DNA of 64,000 nucleotides from an uncultured Verrucomicrobiae bacterium (GTDB taxonomy: Bacteria > Verrucomicrobiota > Verrucomicrobiia > Chthoniobacterales > UBA10450): assembly GCA_963726745.1 (NCBI GenBank), contig CAVSDR010000003.1:256001-320000 (forward strand), given 5' to 3'. The notes beneath the pieces were generated by a model. That model saw only the letters and a program-made list of their open reading frames with translations. It was not told the origin of the DNA and searched no databases. Position 1 is the stretch's first letter, and each line of letters opens with the position of its first letter. The translations under genes were made by a program, and so were the position numbers. This document shows positions 9,728 through 20,145 of this stretch, in pieces.

Positions 9728-10899
9728 CGCGCCTCCTTCCGCGGGCGAAAAATCGCCGCCCGCCAGTGCCACCGCCGGCGGATGATGCGCGGCGGCTGCG
9801 GGACTTTGCGCGCGCTCTCAGCGAACGCTTTTGCCTCGAAGACGCCAAGGCCATCGAGCGCGCCGTAGCCCGCGAGCGCGGAGTGCAAGTGCGGGTGGCC
9901 TTTGATCCCGCGGCGGTGCAGCACGCGATGAGCTGCGCCTGGTCGCGCGAGGCCGGGCAGCCGGCGCACTTCACCTTTCCCCGCTTCCAACCGGGGCATC
10001 TCCTCGAGACCGTGATCTATCGCTGGCTCGCGTTGCTGGAGCTTTTTCTCTCTCGCGAGCTGTCGACGGAGGTTCGCGGCCGGGTCGTGATCAACTTCAA
10101 CGACGCCGGGATCGAACCCGGCCTGGCCTTCTCCGGGAACCGCCCGGAATACCGGCTGATTCCTGATCCCGATTTCTTCACCACGCGCGGCTACGCGCAG
10201 GCGCGGGATCACTTTGCGCGTGCGCCAGTAGCCTGGCGCGACCGCAGCCCGGCAGTTTTTTGGCGCGGGAGTTCGCTCGGCCGGAAGGAGCACACGGCGC
10301 TCGAGATGCCGCGCGCGCGCCTTTGCCAAGTGGCCCGCGACGCGAGCGCGGCGGAATTCGATGTCGGCCTCAGCGAGGTCGTGGATGTCAGTGCCACAGA
10401 GGCAGCGCAGCTTCGCTCCGCGGGCTTGGTCAAGGATCGGGTCTCGTGGAAACGGCTCGCGCAATTTCGTTATCACATCGACATCGACGGCAACGCCAAC
10501 AGCTTCGCCGGCTTGTTCCGCAAGCTCTTGTCCGGCGGCGTGGTTTTCAAAGTCGCCTCGCCGGACTGCTACGCGCAGTGGTATTACCATCGGCTCAAAC
10601 CCTGGGAAAATTTCGTCCCGGTCCGGTCCGACTTAGGCGATTTGCTGGAAGCGATCGCGCGCTGCCGCGAGCAGGACAAACTCGCGCAACAGATCGCGCA
10701 GAATGGCCGCGCGCTGGCGCTGGCCCTTCGCTTCGAAACCGAATTCGCCGGCGCCGTGGCGACGGTGCGGGAAGCTTTCGCCGCCAGCCGGCCGACGGTT
10801 AAACGCTGGCTTCGGACAGCTCGCGCTTCGGCCCGGGATTGGGCGCATTTGTCAGCGGGCTGCGCCACGTTTCCAGCGGCAACAAGCCAATGCCCATGA
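9715..10899 (+). CDS. Glycosyltransferase family 90 (CAP10-like)
   Basis: FWRGSS, RYHIDIDGNANSF, WYYHRLKPWENFVPV..DL.DL, IAQNGR. Confidence 0.8.
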   Translation: MSLLTRLLPRAKNRRPPVPPPADDARRLRDFARALSERFCLEDAKAIERAVARERGVQVRVAFDPAAVQHAMSCAWSREAGQPAHFTFPRFQPGHLLETVIYRWLALLELFLSRELSTEVRGRVVINFNDAGIEPGLAFSGNRPEYRLIPDPDFFTTRGYAQARDHFARAPVAWRDRSPAVFWRGSSLGRKEHTALEMPRARLCQVARDASAAEFDVGLSEVVDVSATEAAQLRSAGLVKDRVSWKRLAQFRYHIDIDGNANSFAGLFRKLLSGGVVFKVASPDCYAQWYYHRLKPWENFVPVRSDLGDLLEAIARCREQDKLAQQIAQNGRALALALRFETEFAGAVATVREAFAASRPTVKRWLRTARASARDWAHLSAGCATFPAATSQCP

Positions 10900-12650
10900 G
10901 CAGCACCTGGCTGAGGCAGAAACCGATCAGCCACGGGAAGGCGCTGTCCATGAAGCCGTAGGAATGCAGGCCGATGCCGAGCATGTTGACGCCAAACCAG
11001 GACCACGCGGTCACGACGTTGCCAAAAACAGCCAGCACCATCAGGCCGCGCTGTTTCACCAATCCGCCCCAGCGCGCGTGCAGGATGATTGCGTTCCAGA
11101 GCACGATCAGGAGCGCGCCGTTTTCCTTCGGGTCCCAGCCCCAAAAACGGCCCCACGATTGATCCGCCCAAATGCCGCCGAGGATCGTCCCGACAAAGCT
11201 GAAGAGCGTCGCGAAACAAACGATCCCGTAGACCATGCGCGCGAGGGATTGCGCGGTGGCGCGATCAAGCGAGGAGGTGAGCGCGCCGCGCACGATGTAG
11301 GTCAACGCCAGAAAGCCGGCCAGGAAAGTGGAAGCGTAGCCGAGAGTCACGCAGACCACGTGAGTCGCGAGCCAGCCATTGGTGTCGAGGACCGCGCGCA
11401 TCATCTCCATGGTGTCGCCGTCCATCGAGAGATGGTGCGCGATCAGGAGGGTGACGAAGCCGAGCATGGCCGCGGTGGCGCTGCCGATGCCGTTGCGGAA
11501 AAAGCGCTCGAGAAAGATGCCGAGGAAGACGCAGCCCCAACCGATGAAAACGGCGCTGGAATAAAGATTCGTCACCGGCGGCCGGCCTTCCAGATACATC
11601 CGGGTCAGCAGGCCTAACGAGTGCGCCACGAAGGTAACAACCAGCAAGATGTAGGCGTAGCGCCCGAGCGCTTCCGGCCGCGTGAGCCAGGAAGCGGCCG
11701 CAAGGATGAAGATGAGAACGTAGAGCACCATCGCGCCGTAGAACGGCTGCAGCTGGTTGAAGACGCTTTCGACGTTCGCCTTCCGGACGCGCCCCGGAAA
11801 ATGCTTCTGCAGCCAGGCGCTGTAATCGCTGACCGTGCGGTTAAACGTCGCCGCGTCTTTCGCCTGGAAAGCGCTCGCCATGGTCGCGTAGGCCGTGACT
11901 GCGGGATGGAGATTTCCCTCGGAGAGGAAGGCCACGATGCTGTCGCCTATTTTCCGCCATTGCAGCGGATCGTCGGCCGGTGGCACTGGCGGAATCGGGA
12001 AAAAATAACCGGTTTCCGCGAGGAAGGCGAAGCTCTGCAGCGCCTCGGTCGAGATGCCGCTCTGCATCGGGACTGGCGACGGCTTGACCGTGCGCGTGAG
12101 CTCCTCGATCTGCGCCGCGAAGTCGTCCGTGCCGGAAACTTGCAGGCTGTTTTTCAGCCGATGGTAAAGCGTCAGGCGATCGAACAAGCTTGATGATGTC
12201 GCGCTGGAACGGCGAGCGCACCTGCGTCTCCACTTTTTGCGCGAGCGCGGCCTGCTGCGCGATCTCCTGCGCATGCGGGAAGAGCTCGCGGAAGCTGTAA
12301 TCCTTCCCGCGATCCGGGGACCAGCCGAGCGCCGAGAGCGTGTCGCCATTCCGGATCACGAAGACCTTCCGCAGGTCGGCCTCGCCCGGCTGGAACATCA
12401 GCTCCGTGAGCCAGGCGATCGGGGTGAGCGTTTCCCCTTCGCCGCGCACGGTCTGCTTTCCGTGGATAATAAGCAGCGAGTTCCGCGCGACGGTGTCGAT
12501 CGGCTTGATCCGCCCGTTCAAGAGCACCGGCAGGCGGCCAAATTTCTCCAGGTCGAAGCCGTTGCGCGTCTTCGTCTCGAAGAGCGGCGAAAGCAGGTAA
12601 ACGATCGCGCCAAGCACGAGCCCCCACGAAATGAGACGTCGAGTTCTCAT
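10799..12650 (-). CDS. ccsA: Cytochrome c biogenesis protein CcsA (System II), split by a frameshift near 12187
   Basis: GRIKPIDT in ORF 11841..12650; RPPVTNLYSS, WLATHV, WADQSWGRFWGWDPKEN (WWD motif), GLHSYG in ORF 10799..12349. Confidence 0.9.
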
Positions 12651-13814
12651 CGAGCGCGTTTCCTCACGAAGCCGAAAAGATGCATGGAAAATTGCACCGT
12701 GAGCCCGAGCGCCACCAGTCCGCAGGCAAGGTAAGGGATGAGCATCGCGGGATTGCGCACCACCTGGAGGATGGTGGTCTTGTCGTTATTATCGAAGCCG
12801 GCCTGGTAAAAGGTGAAGCCGCGATAGCGCAGCGGATCATTCATCGAGATCAAGACCTCGCGGTTCTCGTTCCGCTCGGGATCGAGCAGGCGGACGCGGC
12901 TGGAGAAATTTTTCGGGATATCGGTTCCGGCGTAACGGTCGTGCTTAAAGTCGAGCAAGGTGAGCCCGAAGTTTTTCGGGAAACGGCGCTGCCGCATGAT
13001 CAGCTCGAAGGTGCGCTCGCCGACGGTGAAGGCCTGCGCGTCCGGGATGGCGTTCGAGACCAGCCACGTGCCTAACGAGCCCTGCACCCCGCTCACTTCC
13101 ACGTAGGCCGCGGTCAGGTCGCGCTCGTCGTCTTTGACTGTGCGCGGGATTTCTGTGATCGCGACGTTGACCCCGAAACCGGTGGTCGCAAGGGAAGGCG
13201 GCGCGGCCGGTTCCTGCGCGCGCATGGCCACGCGCGCGTTCGGAATGAAGCGCCGGATGTTGAGCGTGAAGGGCAACGCCGGATGCTGGATCGTGCCGCC
13301 ACGCGCGAGCAGCTCGCTCCGGAATCGCTACCACCTGGTCAAAGTCCGGGTTGGTCACATCGATGACTGCGAGCTCGGTTTCGCGCGGCGCTTCCGAGTA
13401 AGCCAGCGTCTGGCCTTCATCCATCCGCATCTGAGTTTCGCGCGCGAAGAGGCCGGTGAGCAGCTGGCCCACGAGCAGAAGGATCACGCCGAGGTGCAGC
13501 AGGATGATGCCGATCTTTTTCTTCGTGAGCTGGAACCGCGTCAGGTGCGCCGCGAGCAAATTAGCCAGCAAGACGGTGCCGAGCAGATAGCCGCCGGGAA
13601 GCACCGGAATCTTCCAGGTGGCGCCGTCCGGTCCCCACCAGACCAAAAGGCTCTGGAAGTAATGCGCCTGGACCGCGTGAATCCCCAGCCGCACTTGCGC
13701 GAGCGTGCCCAGAAAAACCAGGAGCATGCCGATCCCCAGGCAGACGACCGTGAGGCGCAGCGAGGCCAGCGCGCGCCAGGGCGAGCGTTCGAAGCGGACG
13801 GTTTCGCTGCTCAT
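12647..13814 (-). CDS. Cytochrome c biogenesis ResB/CcsB-like protein, split by a frameshift near 13313
   Basis: LASLRLTV, LLHLGVILLLVG, then HDRYAGTDIPKNFSS, ISMNDPLRYRGFTFYQ; abuts ccsA. Confidence 0.85.
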
Positions 13815-13818
13815 TTTC

Positions 13819-14880
13819 TCAGGGAATCTTCAGGCTGCGCAGGAAGTCGGCAAAGGCGCTTTTCTGCGAGAGCACGGTGGCGTCGTCGCCGGTCATCTTG
13901 ATGAACCAGGCATGATCCTTTTCGTCGAGAATGGCGGCGAGGATGCGTTGCTTCTCCGGGCTCTCGCCGACCGGCCCGGTGCTCACGAGGTCGACCAGGT
14001 GAAAGTCGTGCCCGTTCACTTCGAGATGCTCGATCGTCGGCGCGAGCGCCGCTTCATCGACCGGCGGGAGATTGAGCTGGCCGCGCCAGCGATTGACGTT
14101 CGCCAGTTCGCCGCCAGCCGCGCCGCCTAACGAGACCACGGAAACGTCGGCTGTTTTTCCATCCGGCCCGGTGGCGTTGAAGCTGGCCAGGCGCATCGGC
14201 GTGAGCGGTTTCACCGCCCAATTAGACGGCAGGATGTATTGCACCGCGCCTTCCTCGGTCGGCGCAGTGGACGGCGACGCGGGCGCGTTCGTACTCGCGC
14301 CGGCACCGGCGGGGGCGTGCGCGGAATGGTCGTGCTCGGCCACGTGGATCGACCCGAGGAATTGCTCAAAAGCCGCGCGCTGCGCCTGCACGAGCGCGTC
14401 CGGCCCGGTCATCTTAAAGAACCAGGTCTCGCCCTCGACCGGAAGGATGCCGCCGAGGATGCGCTGGCCTTCATTCGCGAGATCGACCAGGAAAAGCTCA
14501 CGACCATTGACCGGCAGCGGCTTCCCGGCCTCGGCCTCGCTCGCGATCGGCGCAAGCTTCAATTGATTGCGCCAGCGGTTCACGTTCGCGAGCAGGCCGC
14601 CCGCTTCCGCCGGAAAGGAAATCACCGAGACGTCGGCTGCCTGGCCGTCGGCGCCGCGCACCGAAAAGCTGCCTTTGCGGAAGCCGCTGGCGGGTTGTTC
14701 CTCCCAGCCTTCCGGCGCGGTCCAATGCACCACCGCCGCATGTCCCTGCTCCGGTGCGGCGGCCGGCGCGCGCGTTTCCTTGGGCGCGCGGTAGACGGTG
14801 ATCTTGTCGTCTCCAGCATCGCAGGCGGCGAGCGCGAGCGCGGCGAAAGAGAAGACAGCGGTGGGCAAAAACGGCTTCAC
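13819..14880 (-). CDS. Lipoprotein with internally duplicated domain
   Basis: GTG start, LALAAC lipobox; two copies of W..P..W...ADVSV.S...ANVNRWR.QL.L...WF.KMTG. Confidence 0.75.
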   Translation of the reverse strand: MKPFLPTAVFSFAALALAACDAGDDKITVYRAPKETRAPAAAPEQGHAAVVHWTAPEGWEEQPASGFRKGSFSVRGADGQAADVSVISFPAEAGGLLANVNRWRNQLKLAPIASEAEAGKPLPVNGRELFLVDLANEGQRILGGILPVEGETWFFKMTGPDALVQAQRAAFEQFLGSIHVAEHDHSAHAPAGAGASTNAPASPSTAPTEEGAVQYILPSNWAVKPLTPMRLASFNATGPDGKTADVSVVSLGGAAGGELANVNRWRGQLNLPPVDEAALAPTIEHLEVNGHDFHLVDLVSTGPVGESPEKQRILAAILDEKDHAWFIKMTGDDATVLSQKSAFADFLRSLKIP

Positions 14881-14917
14881 AGGAGAGGTGAAACTACCCG
14901 TGCGACCGAAGTCGCTG

Positions 14918-16168
14918 TCAAGCGTCCAGGACCAGATCGCTCTTGGGCGCGCCGATGCAGGTGAGGCGCGTGCCCGGCTCGGTCTCGAAGTCGGATCGCT
15001 CGATGTAATCGACCGTGCCGGAGAACACGGCCACCTGGCAGGTGCCGCAGCTGCCGGCACGGCAACCGCTGGGGATGTTGATTCCGTGCGCCTCGGCCAG
15101 GTCGAGGATGCTGGTGTGTTCGCCGCACCACTTGAGGGTTTGCCCGCTTTTCTTGAATTGCACGGCAAAGCCGGTCGCCTCTCGCGCCTCGGGCGAGATA
15201 ACCGCGGCGACTTTCTTCACGCTCGAGGGACCAAAGGTCTCGTAGTGGATGTGCTTCTCCGGCACACCCCAGGCCTCGAGCCCGGCGGTGACGTCCTGCA
15301 TCATCGGTCCCGGCCCACAGAGGTAGAACTCGAAATTATTCGACGGCAGGAGCTGGCGGAAGAGATCGACGGAAATGCGGCCGTGCACGTGGTAATCGCG
15401 CCCCAGTTCGTAGTCTGTTTCCGGGCGGCTCGCGCAGACGTGCAGGTGCACGTTCGGATGCTCGCGCGCGATCCTCTCGAGGTCCTCTTTCATGATGTGT
15501 TCCGCGCGCCCGCGGACCCCGTAAAAGAACCAAATCTCGCGCCGCGAACTCTTCGCGACGAGCTCGTGAAGCATGCTGAGCATGGGCGTGACGCCGATGC
15601 CGCTGCCGATAAGCACGACCCCGCTGCTCGCGGCCGGGTCGAGGTAAAACTGCCCCGAGGGCGCCTTCACATCGAGGATGTCGCCCTCGTGCAATTGCTC
15701 GTGGAAAAAGCTCGAGACCAAGCCCGGCGGCCCGGCGGGATCGCGCGGCGGGATGCGCTTGATCGTGACGCGATAGTGCTCGCGCCGCGGACAATCGGAG
15801 AGGCTGTAGCAGCGGACGACCTGTTTTCCCTGGCCGGGAATGGTCAGGCCGAAGGTGAGATATTGGCCGGGGAGAAAATCTGGCAGCGGCTTCTGATCGT
15901 GCGGCGCGAGATAGAAGGAGCAGATGTCCGCGCATTCCTGCACTTTTTTGGCGACAAGAAATTTGCGCCAACCGTTCCAGGAAGCACCGGCCGCCGCGCG
16001 TTGCCCTCGGAGGTCGCGCAACATCTGCAGCTCCGTCTCGAGCAGTTGCAAACGGAGATCGGCCTGCCGTTTTTGCCCGGCGAGCCGGCGGAGATTGGCC
16101 GAGGTGACCAGCCCGATCTGGAGCAACCCGCCGCCTACGAGCACGCCGCCGAGCAATTCCGTGATCAT
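14918..16168 (-). CDS. FAD/NAD(P)-binding ferredoxin reductase with C-terminal 2Fe-2S domain and N-terminal TM anchor
   Basis: PGQYL, RCYSLS, GSGIGVTPM, YLCGP..M, CRAGSCGTC..LTC. Confidence 0.9.
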   Translation of the reverse strand: MITELLGGVLVGGGLLQIGLVTSANLRRLAGQKRQADLRLQLLETELQMLRDLRGQRAAAGASWNGWRKFLVAKKVQECADICSFYLAPHDQKPLPDFLPGQYLTFGLTIPGQGKQVVRCYSLSDCPRREHYRVTIKRIPPRDPAGPPGLVSSFFHEQLHEGDILDVKAPSGQFYLDPAASSGVVLIGSGIGVTPMLSMLHELVAKSSRREIWFFYGVRGRAEHIMKEDLERIAREHPNVHLHVCASRPETDYELGRDYHVHGRISVDLFRQLLPSNNFEFYLCGPGPMMQDVTAGLEAWGVPEKHIHYETFGPSSVKKVAAVISPEAREATGFAVQFKKSGQTLKWCGEHTSILDLAEAHGINIPSGCRAGSCGTCQVAVFSGTVDYIERSDFETEPGTRLTCIGAPKSDLVLDA

Positions 16169-16171
16169 CCC

Positions 16172-17872
16172 CTAGAATTTCAGGAGCAACTCGGAACGGA
16201 AGCCGTAAGCCGTCGAGCGGTCCTCGGGGAAGCCAACGAAGCTGTCGAAGATAAGCACAGAGTGCTGGTTAAGTTTCATCTGGTAGCGGGCGGCCGCGGC
16301 GAAGTTATCCGGCTGGCTCGCGGCGAAGAAATCGGGGGTCTCCGTGGCGATGCGGCCGCCGATTTCAAGGGTCAACTGGCGGTCGGACGAGCCGAGGAAT
16401 TTCTGATAGCCGATGGCCGCGCCGATGGCGTCGTTTGCGCGGTTGCCCAGCGGCGCGCCATACGACCCGAGGCCCTGCGCGGCGAAGAGAATGCCGGTCT
16501 GCCCGAGCGGTCCGCCGCGATCGTTGCCGCGCGCCGCGGAGGAATAATTGCCGATGCCCCAGAAGGCGTTCAGATAGGCTACATCCTTGCTCGACGGCAG
16601 CGTGGTCGAGAACTGCTGGAAAAGAAGCACGCCCGTACTCACCGCAGGCGTCTCGCGGTCGAGCGCCCAGGAGGCATTGACCCGCGTGGTCGAGTTGATC
16701 AAGCCAAGGCGCTGGGTGTTGCCCACGCCGAGGTAGACGCCGTCGCCGCCCGTCTTGGCCTCGGCATTCACGTAGGCGAAGTCGAGCTCGATAGTGTTGT
16801 TCGCGTAATCCGCGGTGTTGAACAAGCCGTAAAGCTTGGCGCTGCTTTCGCGGATGTTGTTGTTCCGATTGAGTTCGTTCCAGGCAAAGATCCCCGTCGT
16901 CCGCCAGGCAGACGCGCCGAGGAAGAAATTCGACGTCCGCGTGATGCCGACGGCGTCGATCACGTCCTCGTTAATCATGATGCCGTCCTGGAAACTGAGC
17001 GGCTGGCGGCCAATGGCGAAGTAGATGTCGAGTCCGCGCTTGTCGTTCGGGTCGAGCCGCGGGAAGAGTTCGCCGAAGTCGCCCTGGAAGAAGAGCGTGG
17101 TCACGTAACCGTTCAGTTCGTTGATCACTTTCTGCTCTGGCGGATCGAAGCGGTAGCCGGTGTAGCGCAACCCATCGCGATCGAGCGGGCGAAAGCCGAT
17201 AAGCAGCCGCTCCGTGGGCGTGAGATAAAGATTCCCGTAGAGGTCGAGCCGATTGGCCCACTCGGTGATTTGCCCTCGGCCATTGTCGAATGTCTGCAAA
17301 GCGGTGCGAGCAGTGCCGAAGACGAGAAAAACTGGCTGCCAGACCGCGCCCGTGGGCGTGACAAATCCCGGGGCAATCGGACCGCGGCCGAGGAAAGGAT
17401 TTTGCCCGATCTCGATGATCGGTTTCGGCCGATCGGGAAAGCCCTCGAGCTGCAACGGGATGGGCTTTTCGCTCAAGGCGCTGCCATGCCCCGCCGAACT
17501 GCCGAAGAGCTCCGCGAGCAGGCCGCGCTTCCGGTGAATCGTCGTCTGCGTGGCCGTCGCTGTGGTGGTCGTGCTGCCGGGACGCTGCACCACCGTTGTC
17601 GTCGACGCCGCCGCCGTGACCGTTGCCTCCGATGCGTGTCCACTCATGGCGGTGCCTTCGGCATTCACCCGTGGGACGTTCTCGAGGTTCACGCCGCAGT
17701 TGCTGCAGAAATTCGCCTCGCCCGGCATGGAACGGCCGCAGTTCGGGCAAACGATGGCACCGGCCGCGGCCAGGAGAGCCGCGGTGGTAACGAAGAAGAA
17801 AACGCTGGCGAGGAGGAGAGACCGGGCGCGGGGGGCCTTCATTGCAGTGTGCTGGCTAATTGCTTCCGACAC
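16172..17872 (-). CDS. Putative outer-membrane beta-barrel with N-terminal zinc ribbon
   Basis: Signal peptide, CPNC..CSNC, Thr-rich linker, amphipathic beta strands, C-terminal Phe (SELLLKF). Confidence 0.65.
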   Translation of the reverse strand: MSEAISQHTAMKAPRARSLLLASVFFFVTTAALLAAAGAIVCPNCGRSMPGEANFCSNCGVNLENVPRVNAEGTAMSGHASEATVTAAASTTTVVQRPGSTTTTATATQTTIHRKRGLLAELFGSSAGHGSALSEKPIPLQLEGFPDRPKPIIEIGQNPFLGRGPIAPGFVTPTGAVWQPVFLVFGTARTALQTFDNGRGQITEWANRLDLYGNLYLTPTERLLIGFRPLDRDGLRYTGYRFDPPEQKVINELNGYVTTLFFQGDFGELFPRLDPNDKRGLDIYFAIGRQPLSFQDGIMINEDVIDAVGITRTSNFFLGASAWRTTGIFAWNELNRNNNIRESSAKLYGLFNTADYANNTIELDFAYVNAEAKTGGDGVYLGVGNTQRLGLINSTTRVNASWALDRETPAVSTGVLLFQQFSTTLPSSKDVAYLNAFWGIGNYSSAARGNDRGGPLGQTGILFAAQGLGSYGAPLGNRANDAIGAAIGYQKFLGSSDRQLTLEIGGRIATETPDFFAASQPDNFAAAARYQMKLNQHSVLIFDSFVGFPEDRSTAYGFRSELLLKF

Positions 17873-20000
17873 GCTGCGCGTCCGCGACCGCGGGCGGCTT
17901 GGGCGGCGAGCGGAATTGTTCGATCGATTCCGGGAGGAAAGGCTTGAGCGGGCGGGCCAGGATTTCGCGCTCGGTCGGCTTGAAGCTGGCCGTCAACGGG
18001 CCTGGAGGAAGGACAATGGTGCGGTTCCAGAGCGTTTGGGAGCGCTCGACAACCGCGTTGGCAATCGCTTTCGGCGACATGTTGTAATCGAAACCGAGCT
18101 CTGCGATGTCGCCGATTAAATTGACCGGCACCATCTGCGTGATGAATTTCAGATTCACCTTGTAGGGGGTTTCGCCGGTGAGGCTGGCGCCGGCGACCTT
18201 ATAGGACGCCCAGCGAAAACCTCCGGGCGGCAGGACGATGCTTTGCTTGCGCGCGCCATTTGGTCGGGCCAGAAGCGCGTCGGCATTCGTCGCCGGGCGC
18301 ACATAAGGCAACGGGTCGACGCTTTTGTTCGTCGGCAGAATCTGCACGCGCTCGCCGCCGCGAATCAGCGTGACCAGAAACTTCGACTGCAAGCTGAAGA
18401 GATATTTGTCCAGCGGCAGCTTGCGATCGTGCACGTAGCTCGACTCCTCGTCGCGGTAATCGCCATTGGGATCGCGATCGCCAGAAACAAACAGCACCCT
18501 GCCGCGACGGTCCGAGACCGTGACCTGGAGGAAATTCGCGCGCTCCGCATCGAAGCCGGTGGGCGCGCCGTGGCCGTCGGTGCCGTTCGCGACCTTGACC
18601 CGGAAACGCAGGCCGCGCGCATCGTTTTGCTCGACCACGAAGTCGTGCAACTGGAAGCCGCGCCGCAGGATTTGGTAGCGCTGCAAATTCGCTTCTTCGA
18701 GCTTGGCAAACTGATCATCGAGAATGGCCCGGGCGTCGTAGCGATCGTCGATCGATTGCCAGCGCGGGGGGAACTTTGTATCGGTAGGCGCTTTCTTTTC
18801 GAAGGCGTCCGTGCCCCATCCGGCGCGGTAATCGAACTGCAGCCACTCCCGCATGGTCGCGAGCTGCTGCGCCTTTACGTTGAAGGGGAAAAGGCCTGGA
18901 TGAATGATCGAGTAATCCGGGCCCGCGAAACGGTGATCGGTTAACTTGCGAGCAGGCGTTGGCTTTTCGCCCACGACCGCAGCGGGTCCGAAGGCGTAAC
19001 CGGACTTGATCCCGGGCACATTCCCCATGTGGCAGTCCTGGCAGGTTTCGCCGCGCTTGTTCGCTGGCGAATTCTTGAATTGCGAGAAGGCTTCCTCGAG
19101 GCGGAAACCGTTGAGCAGATTCACATCGTGGCAGGACCCGCAGAAGCCGGATTTCTCGAGCGGATCGAATTTGATCACGTTTGTGTGGATGGCGCGGCCG
19201 ACTTCGCCGCGCTTGGTCACCACCTGGAATTGATCGGGCTGCGCGAGCACACCCTTGAGAATGCGATTGCCCTTCGGTCCGTAGACCGGCTCGAGCAGGT
19301 CGCCTTCCTGGATCGCGGTGCGGCCGCTGACCTTGCCATAGTCATTCTTTACCCGGTGGCAGACGATGCAACTGATGCCTTCCCGCGAGGTCGGGTTGCG
19401 GTCCATGTTGCTGGCAAAAATCGGTTCCTCGATCTGCATTCCCACCTGCGTGTGGCAGCGAATGCAGAAGTCGCCGTTCGTGCCCGAGGTGCGTTTCGCA
19501 ATCGTCGCCTGCATGGTGTTGAAGATCGGGCTGAGCTGCGCGTAGGCGTGCTGCGAGACGGACCATTGGCGGAATTGCGTGGGATGGCAGGTGGCGCAGG
19601 TCGAGGCCGAGGGGAACTTGTTTTCCACGAGTAATTGCGCGTGCGCCGCGGCGGCATTCGTGGTGCCTGCGCCGGTGCGGGCAATCGCGCCCGCGGGCGG
19701 CGGGGTCGCATTCGGCACAAGCAGGAGATCGTCCGGCATCCCGACCGGGGCGTCGTTCCCGCCGGGCAACAAGAGATCGTCATCGGAGGAAGCGGCGGCC
19801 CCGCTCTTGGCCGCCGGCGCCGGAGCCAGGAGATCATCGGCATCTGCGGTCGCCGCCGGAGTCGGCGTGGGCGCGGGTGGAGGCGTCGCCAAATTTGGCA
19901 CCGCGATTTCCGGTTCCTGACCCCGGAGCATGGGCTGTCCAGCCCCAACCAGAAGCACCAGCAGGAACACCGCAGCGAAAGAACTGCGCCGCGCTTTCAT
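17856..20000 (-). CDS. Exported multiheme (5 CxxCH) cytochrome c, c554-like
   Basis: CATCH, CIRCH, CIVCH, CGSCH, CQDCH; W..S.HA; GHGAPTG; signal peptide. Confidence 0.9.
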   Translation of the reverse strand: MKARRSSFAAVFLLVLLVGAGQPMLRGQEPEIAVPNLATPPPAPTPTPAATADADDLLAPAPAAKSGAAASSDDDLLLPGGNDAPVGMPDDLLLVPNATPPPAGAIARTGAGTTNAAAAHAQLLVENKFPSASTCATCHPTQFRQWSVSQHAYAQLSPIFNTMQATIAKRTSGTNGDFCIRCHTQVGMQIEEPIFASNMDRNPTSREGISCIVCHRVKNDYGKVSGRTAIQEGDLLEPVYGPKGNRILKGVLAQPDQFQVVTKRGEVGRAIHTNVIKFDPLEKSGFCGSCHDVNLLNGFRLEEAFSQFKNSPANKRGETCQDCHMGNVPGIKSGYAFGPAAVVGEKPTPARKLTDHRFAGPDYSIIHPGLFPFNVKAQQLATMREWLQFDYRAGWGTDAFEKKAPTDTKFPPRWQSIDDRYDARAILDDQFAKLEEANLQRYQILRRGFQLHDFVVEQNDARGLRFRVKVANGTDGHGAPTGFDAERANFLQVTVSDRRGRVLFVSGDRDPNGDYRDEESSYVHDRKLPLDKYLFSLQSKFLVTLIRGGERVQILPTNKSVDPLPYVRPATNADALLARPNGARKQSIVLPPGGFRWASYKVAGASLTGETPYKVNLKFITQMVPVNLIGDIAELGFDYNMSPKAIANAVVERSQTLWNRTIVLPPGPLTASFKPTEREILARPLKPFLPESIEQFRSPPKPPAVADAQRVGSN

Positions 20001-20145
20001 TTCTCCGAGGCTGCTCCTTTTCGCGGCTGACCGTCAATGCGAAAGGATGCGTGATAATGCTTGCCTCCGCGGAGCGGGCTTGTTCATCCTCAAAAGGTCA
20101 TCGGCGACAAAACAGGCCGGTCGCTGAATCCCAGGGAGATCTTCT

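Noticed and set aside
10799..13814. ccsA/resB as pseudogenes or programmed frameshifts
   Set aside because: No slippery heptamers seen, and the same kind of single-base indel hits holA, aroB and uvrB, pointing to assembly error.
14798..17947. 1049-aa plus-strand ORF
   Set aside because: Antisense shadow of the reductase and barrel genes; long stop-free antisense frames are common at high GC and it has no recognisable motifs.
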